Of a stretch of DNA of 64,000 nt, positions 37,644-47,158 are shown in pieces. The stretch is from contig BTWA01000016.1 of NCBI GenBank assembly GCA_045863295.1, forward strand, positions 31,058-95,057. The letters are read 5' to 3'. The notes under the pieces were generated by a model that was given only the letters and a program-made list of their open reading frames with translations, searched no databases and was not told the DNA's origin. Every line of letters starts with the position of its first letter. The first letter of the stretch is position 1. Position numbers and translations under genes: made by a program. The DNA is from Candidatus Hydrogenedentota bacterium. GTDB taxonomy: Bacteria; Hydrogenedentota; Hydrogenedentia; Hydrogenedentales; SLHB01.

Positions 37644-38738
37644 TCATTCGGACCCCGACAACCGGCGGCGCATGCCGGCGGCGCGGTCGAAAATAGTCTC
37701 GCGGTCGATATGTATTGCCCGATACATGGCGAAGATGTTTTCGTCGGGCGTTTCGGGCGGCACGGTGTGTGATGCGGCGAGAATGTAGCCGCCGCCATCC
37801 GACGTCATTGCTTCGACCAAGTTCGATGTTTCCCTGTATACGTCTTCTTCCGTGCCGGACGGTAAAAGGTGCTGCGTGTCCACGCCGCCCATGAAGGTAA
37901 GCGAGGATCCAAACTCGCGCTTCAGCTCGATCGGATTCATACCCGGACATGTGCATTGCACAGGGTTGAGCACATTGACCCCCATATCGATCAGATCGGG
38001 AATAATGGGACGCAATGCACCGCAGCAGTGGTAGGCAACGGGCAGCCCGGCTCGTTTGCCGGTGTCGATCACGCGCTGGAGATGCGGTTTGATGAGCGAG
38101 CGCCAGAGATCCGGGCTCATCATCAACTGTTGCTGGCCTGCTACATCGTCGCCGGTCCATAGCCAATCCAATGCGTATCTATTGATAGATTCCCGTGCGA
38201 GGGCAACGGCAAAATCCGCACACCTTCCCAACATGGTGTCTGCGACATTTTCTTGTGCGATCATGTCCAACATGGCCTCTTCCATGCCGCGCAAGCGCCA
38301 AAACATTTCGAACGCGCACGGCGATACATCCACGCCAACGAAGAACTCCGAACGCGGATCGATGATGGGTTGCATGAGCGACACCAAATCCGGAATGCGA
38401 TCATAGGGAAAGGGATAGTCGAGTAGTTCTTCGGGGGTTGCGTCTTTGAGTGGAAACTGGACTACTTGGTTGTAGGCGCCCTGCTTTTCCCAACCGATTC
38501 CCCAGAAGTCCACGTGCGATTCGCCGTCGTGCTCATGGATGATGCCCTCCATGGCGTAGTTGTTGTTGACCCATGTTTGACGGACGTCATTCCCCATGGC
38601 TTCGCCGACATAGGCGGGTGGAATTTCGAGCAGTCCGGCCAAGCGGCGCGCTGTGCATGGATGAAACCACATGAATACCGGCAGACGGTCTGCCGGTGTG
38701 CGGTCCAGCGCCGCGCGCACCCGATTTCGCGAATTCAT
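37644..38738 (-). CDS. Uroporphyrinogen decarboxylase/MtaA-CmuA-like methyltransferase superfamily protein
   Basis: MNSRNRVRAAL...DRLPV; F..FWRLRG.E; DDVAGQ; YHCCG; GGVDTQ; GGGYILAASH. Confidence 0.88.
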   Translation of the reverse strand: MNSRNRVRAALDRTPADRLPVFMWFHPCTARRLAGLLEIPPAYVGEAMGNDVRQTWVNNNYAMEGIIHEHDGESHVDFWGIGWEKQGAYNQVVQFPLKDATPEELLDYPFPYDRIPDLVSLMQPIIDPRSEFFVGVDVSPCAFEMFWRLRGMEEAMLDMIAQENVADTMLGRCADFAVALARESINRYALDWLWTGDDVAGQQQLMMSPDLWRSLIKPHLQRVIDTGKRAGLPVAYHCCGALRPIIPDLIDMGVNVLNPVQCTCPGMNPIELKREFGSSLTFMGGVDTQHLLPSGTEEDVYRETSNLVEAMTSDGGGYILAASHTVPPETPDENIFAMYRAIHIDRETIFDRAAGMRRRLSGSE

Positions 38739-38952
38739 GGCACTTCCCTCGGCACGGCGCGGAAAGGGGGAACGGCTGCGCCGGATTTGGGGGGGAGTTC
38801 CAGACTATCATGTCTGGCCTTCGTTCAGGGAGAGTCGCTGCCCATTTTCCAGGACCCAAGCCTTCCTCCGGAATGCGCGCATTCCTTGTCCGGTTTTGGC
38901 TTGGCGTGATAGCATTCCCCTCTTATTCGCGCAAAAATTGGGAGTTTTTTGT

Positions 38953-39882
38953 ATGGCGGAGGAAAAGAAGGGGTTTTTCGGGCGGCTAAAGGAACGGCTG
39001 TCCAAAACCCGGACCGGCCTGGTGGACAATGTGCGCCGCGCACTTTCGGGCCGCACAGCCATCGACGACGACCTGTTCGAGGAGTTGGAAGCCATTTTGG
39101 TTCAGGCGGATATGGGTGTCGAGGCCACGCTTGAGATTTTGAAAGACATGAAGAATATCGTTCGGGAGCGCCATGTTCGCGACCCCGAGGAATTGTTGGG
39201 AATTCTAAAGGCCGAGTTGGCGCAAACGTTGCAGCCCGGCGATCACGAGTTGAGTTTCGAATGTGCCGAGGGACCTCATGTGGCCCTTATTGTCGGGGTG
39301 AACGGATCGGGGAAGACCACCACGATTGGCAAACTTGCCAGCCACCTTAAAAGCCAGGGCAAGTCCGTGATTCTGGGCGCGGGAGATACATTTCGTGCCG
39401 CGGCCGTCGAACAGCTCACGATCTGGAGCGAGCGGGTTGATGTGCCGATTGTGAAACACAAGAGCGGCGGTGATCCCGCCGCGGTGGCGTACGACGCGGT
39501 TGACGCGGGCGTTTCGCGGAATATGGACTGTGTGCTGATCGATACGGCGGGCCGGCTTCACACGAAAGTGAATCTCATGGAGGAACTGAAGAAGATCAAT
39601 CGGGTGGTGCAGAAGCGAATGCCTAGTGCGCCCCATTCGGTTCTGTTGGTTCTGGACGCCACCACGGGCCAAAACGGCCTTCAGCAAGCCAAGATTTTCA
39701 CCGAGGCGTTGAATGTGACTGGCATCATCCTGACCAAGTTGGATGGAACCGCCAAAGGGGGTATCGCGCTTGCCATCCAACGGCAAATGGGAATACCCAT
39801 AAAAATGATTGGGGTGGGAGAAGCGGTGGACGACTTGCAGCCGTTCAATCCACATCAATTTGTGGAGGCACTCTTCTCCTGA
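38953..39882 (+). CDS. ftsY: Signal recognition particle receptor FtsY
   Basis: GVNGSGKTTTIGKLA, DTFRAAA, DTAGRLH, DATTGQNG, TKLDGTAKGG. Confidence 0.98.
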   Translation: MAEEKKGFFGRLKERLSKTRTGLVDNVRRALSGRTAIDDDLFEELEAILVQADMGVEATLEILKDMKNIVRERHVRDPEELLGILKAELAQTLQPGDHELSFECAEGPHVALIVGVNGSGKTTTIGKLASHLKSQGKSVILGAGDTFRAAAVEQLTIWSERVDVPIVKHKSGGDPAAVAYDAVDAGVSRNMDCVLIDTAGRLHTKVNLMEELKKINRVVQKRMPSAPHSVLLVLDATTGQNGLQQAKIFTEALNVTGIILTKLDGTAKGGIALAIQRQMGIPIKMIGVGEAVDDLQPFNPHQFVEALFS

Positions 39883-40177
39883 GTGACCACCCCTCCGCAG
39901 TGTTCGGATGAAGACGAGAGATAGTAGAGCCAGGCACTACCGGCTTTTCACGACATTTGCATTTTTGTCGTGATATCGATACCATTTGGAAGAGTTCGGT
40001 TGGGGGATTCGGCCGAAGACAAATTGACAATCTGCGCATTACGTGATTTCTGTCGCCATTTTTTCATTGAATTGCCTGTTTTATGGGGTTTGCGGTACAA
40101 TTCCGATGCTGGTCGTGGGAGATCTGGCCATCGGTCTCTACCGGGTTCTGCCAGACTTAAGGTTACAGCTCTTGAAG

Positions 40178-42067
40178 ATGAAACGTGCCCACAAGGGCGT
40201 CACTCCGTCCAAGCTTGGGGAAGCTTTGGTGAAAGACGGAGTGCTTACGCCTGAGCAGTTGCAGCGCGCGCTGCGGATCCAGGCCGGTCTGGAGCAGCCG
40301 CGTCAATTGGGCGAGGTGCTGGTTGAACTCGGGTTCGCCACTAAACAGGCCATTTCCCATGCCATTTCGAAGTATGGATCGGGCATGCGGCTCGGCGACA
40401 TTCTGGTCGAGCAGGGGCTGATTTCTGCCGAGGAGTTGCAGCAGGCCTTGCTCCTTCAGAAGGAAAAAGGCCTCAAGCTGGGCAATGCGCTCATTGAGCT
40501 GGGCGCGATCAACCAACAAACCCTACTGCAGAATCTGGCCCACCAGTCCAGTGTGCCCTACATCGAACCTGCGTTCGCCATGGTGGACCAGCGGCTTCTT
40601 GACGGTGTATCGCCGGACTATCTTTCCCGTTACAACTTTCTGCCATTCAGCCGGGGCGAAGACGGCAGGATTACGGTCATTTTCGGCGATCTGGCTGACG
40701 AAGACGGGAAAGCGGCCGCAGAACAACTCCTTTCCGGCGGTTTTTCTGTTGCCTTGGGTCCGCTCGATGCGATTCAACAGACTATTGAAGACTTTCGCCG
40801 TTTCCGCATGGACCGCAAGAAACGCGCGGGAGGCGAAGCGCCCGCGGAAGACGACGAAGACTCGGTGGTGCGGTTGGTGGAGCATATCATCACGGCGGCA
40901 ATTCAGGAGCGTGCGTCTGACATTCACATCGAGCCCATGTCGGAGGTGATTCGGCTTCGTTACCGGATCGACGGAGTGCTGGTATACAAAACCGACCTGC
41001 CCAAGAACCTCTATTCCCGCATTGCTTCGCGCATCAAGATTCTGGCGGAGTGCAACATCACGGAGCATCAGCGGCATCAGGGCGGCCGTATTCAGTTTCT
41101 CATGGGCGGCGAGGAGTATGACCTGCGCCTTTCCTGCTACGTTACTGTGCACGGCGAGTGCATTGTGATGCGCGTGCTCAACAAGCGGGTAGGGCTGGTT
41201 GAGTTGGAGGAACTTGGTTTTTGTCCGACGATGCTTGATCGCTTCCGGAAGGAAGTGCTGGACGTTCCAACGGGGGTGGTGCTCATCACGGGTCCGACCG
41301 GTTCGGGCAAGACCACGACTCTTTATTCGTGTCTCGGTTATTCGAATTCGATCGACATCAAGATCATCACGGCGGAAGATCCGGTCGAATATATGATCGA
41401 CGGGCTGATTCAATGCAGCATATTCGACAAGATTGGCCGTACGTTTGAATCCACATTGCGCGAGATGGTGCGTCAAGACCCGGATATCATTGTCATGGGT
41501 GAAATTCGCGATCGCGTCACGGCGCAGACGGCGATCCAGGCCGCATTGACCGGGCACAAGGTGTATTCCACGTTTCATACTGAAGACACGATTGGCGGGC
41601 TTCTTCGTCTGATCGACATGGATATCGAGACCTTTCTGATTTCCTCCACGGTGATCAGCGTGATTGCACAGCGGCTGTTGCGCCGAATCTGCGTTCATTG
41701 CGCGCAGCCGTATGCGCCTGATCCGATTCTGCTTGACCGAGTGGGCGTAAAGTTGGACGAGGTGCGCGAACTGGACTTTAAACGCGGAGTGGGGTGCCGG
41801 CATTGTAATTACACGGGATTTCACGGGCGGGTCGCGGTGTATGAATTGCTCGTGCTGAACGAGGACGTTAAAGAAGCGATTCTTCAGAAGAAGCCTGCGC
41901 ACACGATCCGCCATATCTGCACCGAATCCACCGGCTTGGTTTCGATGCGGGAGGACGCGGTCGCCAAGGTAGTCCGTGGTCTGACGACGTTTGAGGAAGT
42001 GGTCCGGCATGCGCCGCGCACGTTCGTCATGAGACCATTACGACAGATATTGGCGATGACCAAATAG
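40178..42067 (+). CDS. PilB/GspE-family secretion ATPase with four N-terminal MshEN-like motifs
   Basis: ASDIHIEP, GPTGSGKTT, TAEDPVEY, RQDPDIIVMGEIRD, GHKVYSTFH, CVHC/CRHC zinc motif; four (R/K/Q)LG..LV..G repeats at the N-terminus. Start uncertain (40043-40178). Confidence 0.93.
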   Translation: MKRAHKGVTPSKLGEALVKDGVLTPEQLQRALRIQAGLEQPRQLGEVLVELGFATKQAISHAISKYGSGMRLGDILVEQGLISAEELQQALLLQKEKGLKLGNALIELGAINQQTLLQNLAHQSSVPYIEPAFAMVDQRLLDGVSPDYLSRYNFLPFSRGEDGRITVIFGDLADEDGKAAAEQLLSGGFSVALGPLDAIQQTIEDFRRFRMDRKKRAGGEAPAEDDEDSVVRLVEHIITAAIQERASDIHIEPMSEVIRLRYRIDGVLVYKTDLPKNLYSRIASRIKILAECNITEHQRHQGGRIQFLMGGEEYDLRLSCYVTVHGECIVMRVLNKRVGLVELEELGFCPTMLDRFRKEVLDVPTGVVLITGPTGSGKTTTLYSCLGYSNSIDIKIITAEDPVEYMIDGLIQCSIFDKIGRTFESTLREMVRQDPDIIVMGEIRDRVTAQTAIQAALTGHKVYSTFHTEDTIGGLLRLIDMDIETFLISSTVISVIAQRLLRRICVHCAQPYAPDPILLDRVGVKLDEVRELDFKRGVGCRHCNYTGFHGRVAVYELLVLNEDVKEAILQKKPAHTIRHICTESTGLVSMREDAVAKVVRGLTTFEEVVRHAPRTFVMRPLRQILAMTK

Positions 42068-42075
42068 CGACTACC

Positions 42076-43110
42076 ATGGACAAACCCAATTGCCCATATT
42101 GCGGCGCGCCTGTTGCGGCCGTGTTTCATCCGATGGAGCGGCCTGGGTTGGCCGCCTGCCTATCGTGCATGAATCCGTTTGTCTATCGGGTCGAAGGCGC
42201 TTCCACGCAGCTTTGGATACCTTCGCACGTCACTGACATCCGGCAGGCGGCGCCGCCCGACAGCATTGGCGGACAGGTATTGCGCCTGGTGCCGCGAGCG
42301 CTTGAGCGGTTGCCTTTGTTGCCGGAGGTGGCGATGGAAGTGAACACGCTTCTGCGGGATCCCGACGTGGACATGGGCAAACTTGCCCAAACCATTTCGC
42401 GGGATCAGGTCATCACGGTAAAGATTCTTAAACTTGCGAACAGCGCGCTCTTTGCGGGTCTACGCGAGATAACCGATGTCAAGGCCGCGTGTACGCGCAT
42501 TGGCCTCAAAAGCACATCCAACATGGTGCAGGCGATTGCCGCGAGCGGCATATTCCGCGCGAGGCAATCGCAGCATGTGGAGTATATGCGCAACCTGTGG
42601 AAGCATGCGGTTGCGGCGGCTCATTGCGCGACTGAAATCGCCGCGTATACGGCCGAACCGAATAATGAGACGATGTACGCGGCGGCACTTACGCACGACA
42701 TTGGCAAGGTGCTTATTCTCGATATCATCGTCAATGGGCGTGTTCCGGCGTTCGAACGCGTGCGCGAATCACGGGTGCTGTTCGACGAAATCATTGCAAA
42801 TTATCATGGCTTGCTCGGCCTGCACGTGGTGCAACATTGGAACCTGCCTCCGGATTTTGCAGTGAGCACCTATTGTCACGCGCATCCTCAATCTACACCG
42901 GATAACGCGTGGCAGACTTCCGTGGCCATTGTATCGCTTGGTAGCGCGTTGGCGAATGCGAGCGGTTACGGCGTGAGCGACGTGGAAGTCTCTCTGCTGA
43001 GCCATCCTGCGACCAAGTATCTCGGATTTAATGACATCAAGCTGGCCACACTTCGGGTCGATTTGGAGGACAAGCTGGCGCCGCTTTTTGATTTGCCGGA
43101 TCCCGCCTGA
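42076..43110 (+). CDS. HDOD domain protein with N-terminal zinc-ribbon
   Basis: CPYC...CLSC at the N-terminus; LPLLPEV, I.RDQ..T.KILKLANSA, LWKH, LTHDIGK. Confidence 0.9.
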   Translation: MDKPNCPYCGAPVAAVFHPMERPGLAACLSCMNPFVYRVEGASTQLWIPSHVTDIRQAAPPDSIGGQVLRLVPRALERLPLLPEVAMEVNTLLRDPDVDMGKLAQTISRDQVITVKILKLANSALFAGLREITDVKAACTRIGLKSTSNMVQAIAASGIFRARQSQHVEYMRNLWKHAVAAAHCATEIAAYTAEPNNETMYAAALTHDIGKVLILDIIVNGRVPAFERVRESRVLFDEIIANYHGLLGLHVVQHWNLPPDFAVSTYCHAHPQSTPDNAWQTSVAIVSLGSALANASGYGVSDVEVSLLSHPATKYLGFNDIKLATLRVDLEDKLAPLFDLPDPA

Positions 43111-43322
43111 GAACCGTTTCCTTTCACCGCACGGGGTAAACACGTTACACTCTCGGTGGTGGCGCTGGGAAGTCAAGAAAGGCATGGCGTGAATCCATTG
43201 GTTGCATGCCTTTCGTTCCGGCGCGGACTTGGCCTAGCGGTAGTTGCTGGCCGAAGGAGTCCGGGCGCTCGGTGAAGTAAGCCGTCGCCTTGCAAAGGCA
43301 CCCCGTCAATCAAGCGATCTCC

Positions 43323-45137
43323 ATGACAACAGATGCGATCTCAAATAAGCCACCGCGTGATGAGTACTCGGAACGTCTTGCGGACCGGCAGGTGGATCTG
43401 ACACGGCTGACACGGTTGGACGAATGGATAGCCAACGTGCGGCTCCTGGTTTTCCTTCTGGGGGCCGGCGCGATTTGGCTTGTGGTGTCCAAGACGTTGC
43501 CTGCGGCCTTTCTCGCGGTGCCTTTGGGCGCATTCGCTGTCCTGATCGTATTGCACGAGCGGACTCGCCGTTCCATGAAGCGGGCTGCGCGTTCGGTGGC
43601 ATTTTACGAGGCGTGCCTGCGGCGCACTGACGACGCGTGGATGGGCAAGGGGTTTACCGGGACCGATTTGCAGCCGCCCGATCATCCTTACGCCGCCGAT
43701 CTCGACCTATTCGGACCAGGATCACTCTATGAACTTTTGTGCACGGCGCGCACACCCTCCGGGCGGGAAACACTTGCGGGATGGCTTTGCGCTCCCACCG
43801 GGGCGGATGAGGCGGTGGCACGCCAACAGGCCGTGGAGGAACTGCGGCCGCACGTTGACCTGCGCGAAGATCTGGCTATCGAAGGCGACGATGTGCGCGA
43901 GGCAGTTCGCGCGAGATTGTTGCGGAACTGGGCTTCCGCAGCGCCGGCCTATCCGCAAGCGTGGATTCGGCCCGCTGCCATCGCCTTGACGATTGCCGCG
44001 GTTGCTTCCGCTGTGGTGTGGGGAGTTACTGGATACGCCGCGCCGTTTGCAGTCGTGGCATTGGTGGAAATCGCGTTGTTGCGATACTGCAAGTCTTCCA
44101 TTCAACAGGTCATTCGGGATATGGAAGTGCCTGGGCTTGAGTTGTCGGTTCTCGCGCACGTTTTGAGCCGGCTGGAACGGGAGTCGTTTCATGGGTCGCT
44201 GCTTCGGAGTTTGCATACGCGTTTGTTGACCGAGGGCGTGACCGCGTCGGATGCGATACGCAAACTCGACCGGCTTGTGCGGGTGCTCGAGATGCAGAAC
44301 AACCAACTGTTTGCACCGTTTGCGCTGTTTTTGCTCTGGCCTATTCACTCCACGTTCGCGATCGAACGCTGGCGGCATGTGTATGGAGCGCGCATTGTCG
44401 AGTGGATCGATGCGGTGGGTGAGTTGGAGGCGATCTGCGCCCTGGCCGCATACGCGTACGAGCATCCGGAGGATGTCTATCCTGAGTTTACCGGGCAGGG
44501 ACCGCTGTTCGAGGCAACGGGCATTGGGCATCCGTTATTGCCGCGCGGCCACTGTGTGCGCAACGACGTGCACCTGGGAAGTCCGGTCCGAGTGCTGGTT
44601 ATTAGCGGATCGAACATGTCAGGCAAGAGCACGCTGCTTCGCACATGCGGAATCAACGCCGTGCTGGCTCAGGCGGGTGCTCCGGTGCATGCGCGCTCAC
44701 TGCGAATGTCTCCGCTGTGTATTGGCGCCACGCTGCGGGTGGTGGATTCCATCCAGGACGGTGCGTCACGGTTTTATGCGGAGATCCGCCGCCTGAAACA
44801 TGTGGTAGACATGGCACGCGGCACCACTCCGCTGCTGTTTCTACTTGATGAAATCCTTCACGGCACCAATTCCCACGATCGAAGCATCGGCGCCGAGGCG
44901 CTGTTGCGGGTTCTCCTTGAAGCAGGCGCCATCGGATTTGTCACCACGCATGATCTCGCCATTACGGCCAGTGCCGAATCGCATGCGCCGCACGCTGTCA
45001 ACATGCACTTCGAGGATCAGTTCGCCGATGGTGCGCTTCGGTTCGATTACCGTTTACGGCCTGGTGTCGTGCAAAAGAGCAATGCGCTGGCGCTAATGCG
45101 TTCCGTCGGGCTGGACGTGCCGGAGCAGGGCGCGTAA
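43323..45137 (+). CDS. Membrane-anchored MutS-related ATPase (MutS domain V only)
   Basis: N-terminal TM helices; ISGSNMSGKST Walker A; SRFYAEI; LLDEILHGTNS; TTHDL. No mismatch-binding domains. Confidence 0.92.
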   Translation: MTTDAISNKPPRDEYSERLADRQVDLTRLTRLDEWIANVRLLVFLLGAGAIWLVVSKTLPAAFLAVPLGAFAVLIVLHERTRRSMKRAARSVAFYEACLRRTDDAWMGKGFTGTDLQPPDHPYAADLDLFGPGSLYELLCTARTPSGRETLAGWLCAPTGADEAVARQQAVEELRPHVDLREDLAIEGDDVREAVRARLLRNWASAAPAYPQAWIRPAAIALTIAAVASAVVWGVTGYAAPFAVVALVEIALLRYCKSSIQQVIRDMEVPGLELSVLAHVLSRLERESFHGSLLRSLHTRLLTEGVTASDAIRKLDRLVRVLEMQNNQLFAPFALFLLWPIHSTFAIERWRHVYGARIVEWIDAVGELEAICALAAYAYEHPEDVYPEFTGQGPLFEATGIGHPLLPRGHCVRNDVHLGSPVRVLVISGSNMSGKSTLLRTCGINAVLAQAGAPVHARSLRMSPLCIGATLRVVDSIQDGASRFYAEIRRLKHVVDMARGTTPLLFLLDEILHGTNSHDRSIGAEALLRVLLEAGAIGFVTTHDLAITASAESHAPHAVNMHFEDQFADGALRFDYRLRPGVVQKSNALALMRSVGLDVPEQGA

Positions 45138-45145
45138 AAGCAAAA

Positions 45146-45178
45146 GGGCCGGATAGGCATTTCCTGCCTTCCCGGCCC
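45146..45178 (-). terminator. Intrinsic terminator between convergent genes
   Basis: GGGCCGG-AT-AGGCA-TTTCC-TGCCT-TC-CCGGCCC hairpin preceded by AAAAGCAAAA (U-tract on the minus strand). Confidence 0.75.
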
Positions 45179-45200
45179 GAACTCCGTCGAATCGAAGAAT

Positions 45201-45620
45201 TTACAGAGAACGAAGATAGGCGATCACGGCCCGCGCATCGTCTTCGGACAGGCGGAACGGGGGCATCGGCGGGCGCGCCGCCTTGCCGCTTCTTGCCACG
45301 CCCTGAGTCAACAGTTTCATGGCTTGTTCGTCGGTATAGCCCGGCAATCCGGCAATCATGGGCGGACGATATACCCAATCCCAGTTGTTTTCGTAGCCGA
45401 ACTGGACCTTCAAATCGCCGCCCTGCAATAGTTGGGATTCGACCAGGTCGCCGCCGGCCGTACGTGGCGAGTGGCACTGCACGCACATAGCGACGCTATG
45501 CACCAGGTACTGTCCGTGGGCCACCTGATGCGCCTGCTGCGCGGCCGGATCCGTATCTCCCGGTACGGCCGCCAACAGCAACGGCACGCAAATAAACACA
45601 CCTAACACAAGGCGTTTCAT
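45201..45620 (-). CDS. Periplasmic monoheme cytochrome c
   Basis: Signal peptide; GQYLV..VAMCVQCHSPR; PPMPPF distal Met region. True start ATG 45620; the track extension overlaps the GntR gene. Confidence 0.9.
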   Translation of the reverse strand: MKRLVLGVFICVPLLLAAVPGDTDPAAQQAHQVAHGQYLVHSVAMCVQCHSPRTAGGDLVESQLLQGGDLKVQFGYENNWDWVYRPPMIAGLPGYTDEQAMKLLTQGVARSGKAARPPMPPFRLSEDDARAVIAYLRSL

Positions 45621-45777
45621 AACCCCAACTACTCCTTTCCCAATCCGATGAATTTGACTGCGCGGTTCGCGCGAGCGGGGATTATAGTCCGCCCGCGCCG
45701 CACTCCGCAAAACCGCCTGGCGGGCCGGCCGGAATCCGGGAGCGGGATGTACCCCATGACCTGCCGGGCTAACGGGA

Positions 45778-45818
45778 TTGACAATGGCGGACAAGTGTTT
45801 TAAACTATTAATACACTT
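45778..45818 (+). promoter_or_regulatory. Sigma70 promoter with overlapping inverted-repeat operator (GntR/YtrA-type)
   Basis: TTGACA (45778) - 17 nt - TAAACT (45801); AAGTGT-N14-ACACTT inverted repeat at 45793-45818 covers the -10. Confidence 0.75.
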
Positions 45819-45842
45819 GATACATTTGTGAGGGCAGACGCC

Positions 45843-46235
45843 GTGGAATTTTACCTTGCGCACAACGATGGTTCGCCCATCTACCGGCAAATCATGCAAC
45901 AGGTACAGCATATGATTGCGAGCGGCCGGCTGAACCCCGGCGATGAAATGCCTTCGGTCAGGGCGCTGGCCAACAGACTTCTGGTAAACCCCAATACGGT
46001 CGTGCGGGCTTATCGCGACCTTGAAAGCATGGGGCTGCTTGTGTCGCGCCAAGGGTCGGGCACGTTTGTTTCCGACGCGGGGTCGCCGCTTGCCCGGCGC
46101 GAAAAGCGCCGCATCATTGCCAAACGCGTGGAATCCCTGATGGTTGAGGCGCGTCAACTTGACATCAGCGCGGATGAGATCAAAGACCTCATCGACAAAT
46201 GCGATTCGGCGATGAAACCGAAGCGGACTGCCTAG
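45843..46235 (+). CDS. GntR family regulator, YtrA subfamily
   Basis: PIYRQI..QV..MIASG.L.PGDEMPSVR.LA..L.VNPNTVVRAY..LE..G....RQGSGTFV; short C-terminus. Confidence 0.93.
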   Translation: MEFYLAHNDGSPIYRQIMQQVQHMIASGRLNPGDEMPSVRALANRLLVNPNTVVRAYRDLESMGLLVSRQGSGTFVSDAGSPLARREKRRIIAKRVESLMVEARQLDISADEIKDLIDKCDSAMKPKRTA

Positions 46236-46255
46236 TCCATGCGCGGAAAATCTCC

Positions 46256-47155
46256 ATGAATAGCATCATCGATATAGAGAATCTCTCGAGGCACTACAAT
46301 CGGGTCCATGCGCTGGACAGCGTATCGATTGCAATCCCTCGAGGCGGCGTATTTGGCCTCGTAGGGGAGAATGGCGCGGGCAAGTCCACGTTGATCCATC
46401 ACATTCTCGGCTTGCTCCGTGCGCAGAAAGGCACGGTGCGTGTTTTTGGAGTCGATCCCGTCAGGAACCCGGCGAGTGTGCTTGGCCGCATGGGTATCGT
46501 CACGGAGGATCGCGACTTACCGGATTGGATGCGGGTCGACGAACTCATGCAATTCACGAGCACGTTCTATCCTAAATGGGATAAGAAGTATGCGGAGGAA
46601 TTGCGCCACTTGTTCGGTTTGGCGGCGGACGCGCGCATCGGCACGCTTTCGCGTGGCCAACTCGCGAAGGCGAGCCTTCTCGCGGCGCTGGCGCACCGGC
46701 CGGAGTTGCTCGTGCTCGACGAACCTTCCTCGGGCCTAGATCCAGTTGTTCGCCGTGACATTTTGGAAGCCATTATTGCCACCGCGGGAGAAGATGGCCG
46801 CACCGTGCTCTTTTCGTCGCATCTGCTTGACGAGGTAGAACGCGTTGCCGATCGCGTGGCGATGATGCGTAGCGGCCGCCTAGTTTTGAACATGCCGCTG
46901 GAAGAGCTGAAAGATACCCATCACCGGCTGATCGTGCGCGCAAAGAACGGCGCACGTGCGATCGATTTTCCCGGCATCCTAGTGCAACAAGGAGAGGGTC
47001 CTGAACGAACCGTGTTGTGTTCTGGCGAGATGAACGTGCTTGTGCACGCCATTACCACCGCCGGGTTCGAGGTTGTTCACGCGGATGTTCCCTCGTTGAA
47101 TGAGATATTTGTCGCCCGTTGTGCCGCGCCTGCCGTTGCGGTGAAGGAAGCGTAG
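46256..47155 (+). CDS. ABC transporter ATP-binding protein (YtrB-like)
   Basis: GENGAGKST, LSRGQ, LVLDEPSSGLDP, SSHLL. Confidence 0.95.
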   Translation: MNSIIDIENLSRHYNRVHALDSVSIAIPRGGVFGLVGENGAGKSTLIHHILGLLRAQKGTVRVFGVDPVRNPASVLGRMGIVTEDRDLPDWMRVDELMQFTSTFYPKWDKKYAEELRHLFGLAADARIGTLSRGQLAKASLLAALAHRPELLVLDEPSSGLDPVVRRDILEAIIATAGEDGRTVLFSSHLLDEVERVADRVAMMRSGRLVLNMPLEELKDTHHRLIVRAKNGARAIDFPGILVQQGEGPERTVLCSGEMNVLVHAITTAGFEVVHADVPSLNEIFVARCAAPAVAVKEA

Positions 47156-47158
47156 CCA

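Noticed and set aside
37603-38166. N-terminal extension of the GH28 ORF; likewise 8828-9151, 38671-38952 and 45621-46157
   Set aside because: They overlap neighbouring genes or promoters; better RBS/start pairs exist downstream.
39883-40177. SRP RNA or riboswitch next to ftsY
   Set aside because: No SRP core motif was seen; only a 7-bp inverted repeat CACGACA/TGTCGTG (39949-39972), too weak to call.
43111-43300. c-di-GMP-I riboswitch near the MshEN/HDOD genes
   Set aside because: A GCAAA is present but the GGCAAACC...GAAA...GGGACGCAAAGC arrangement is not.
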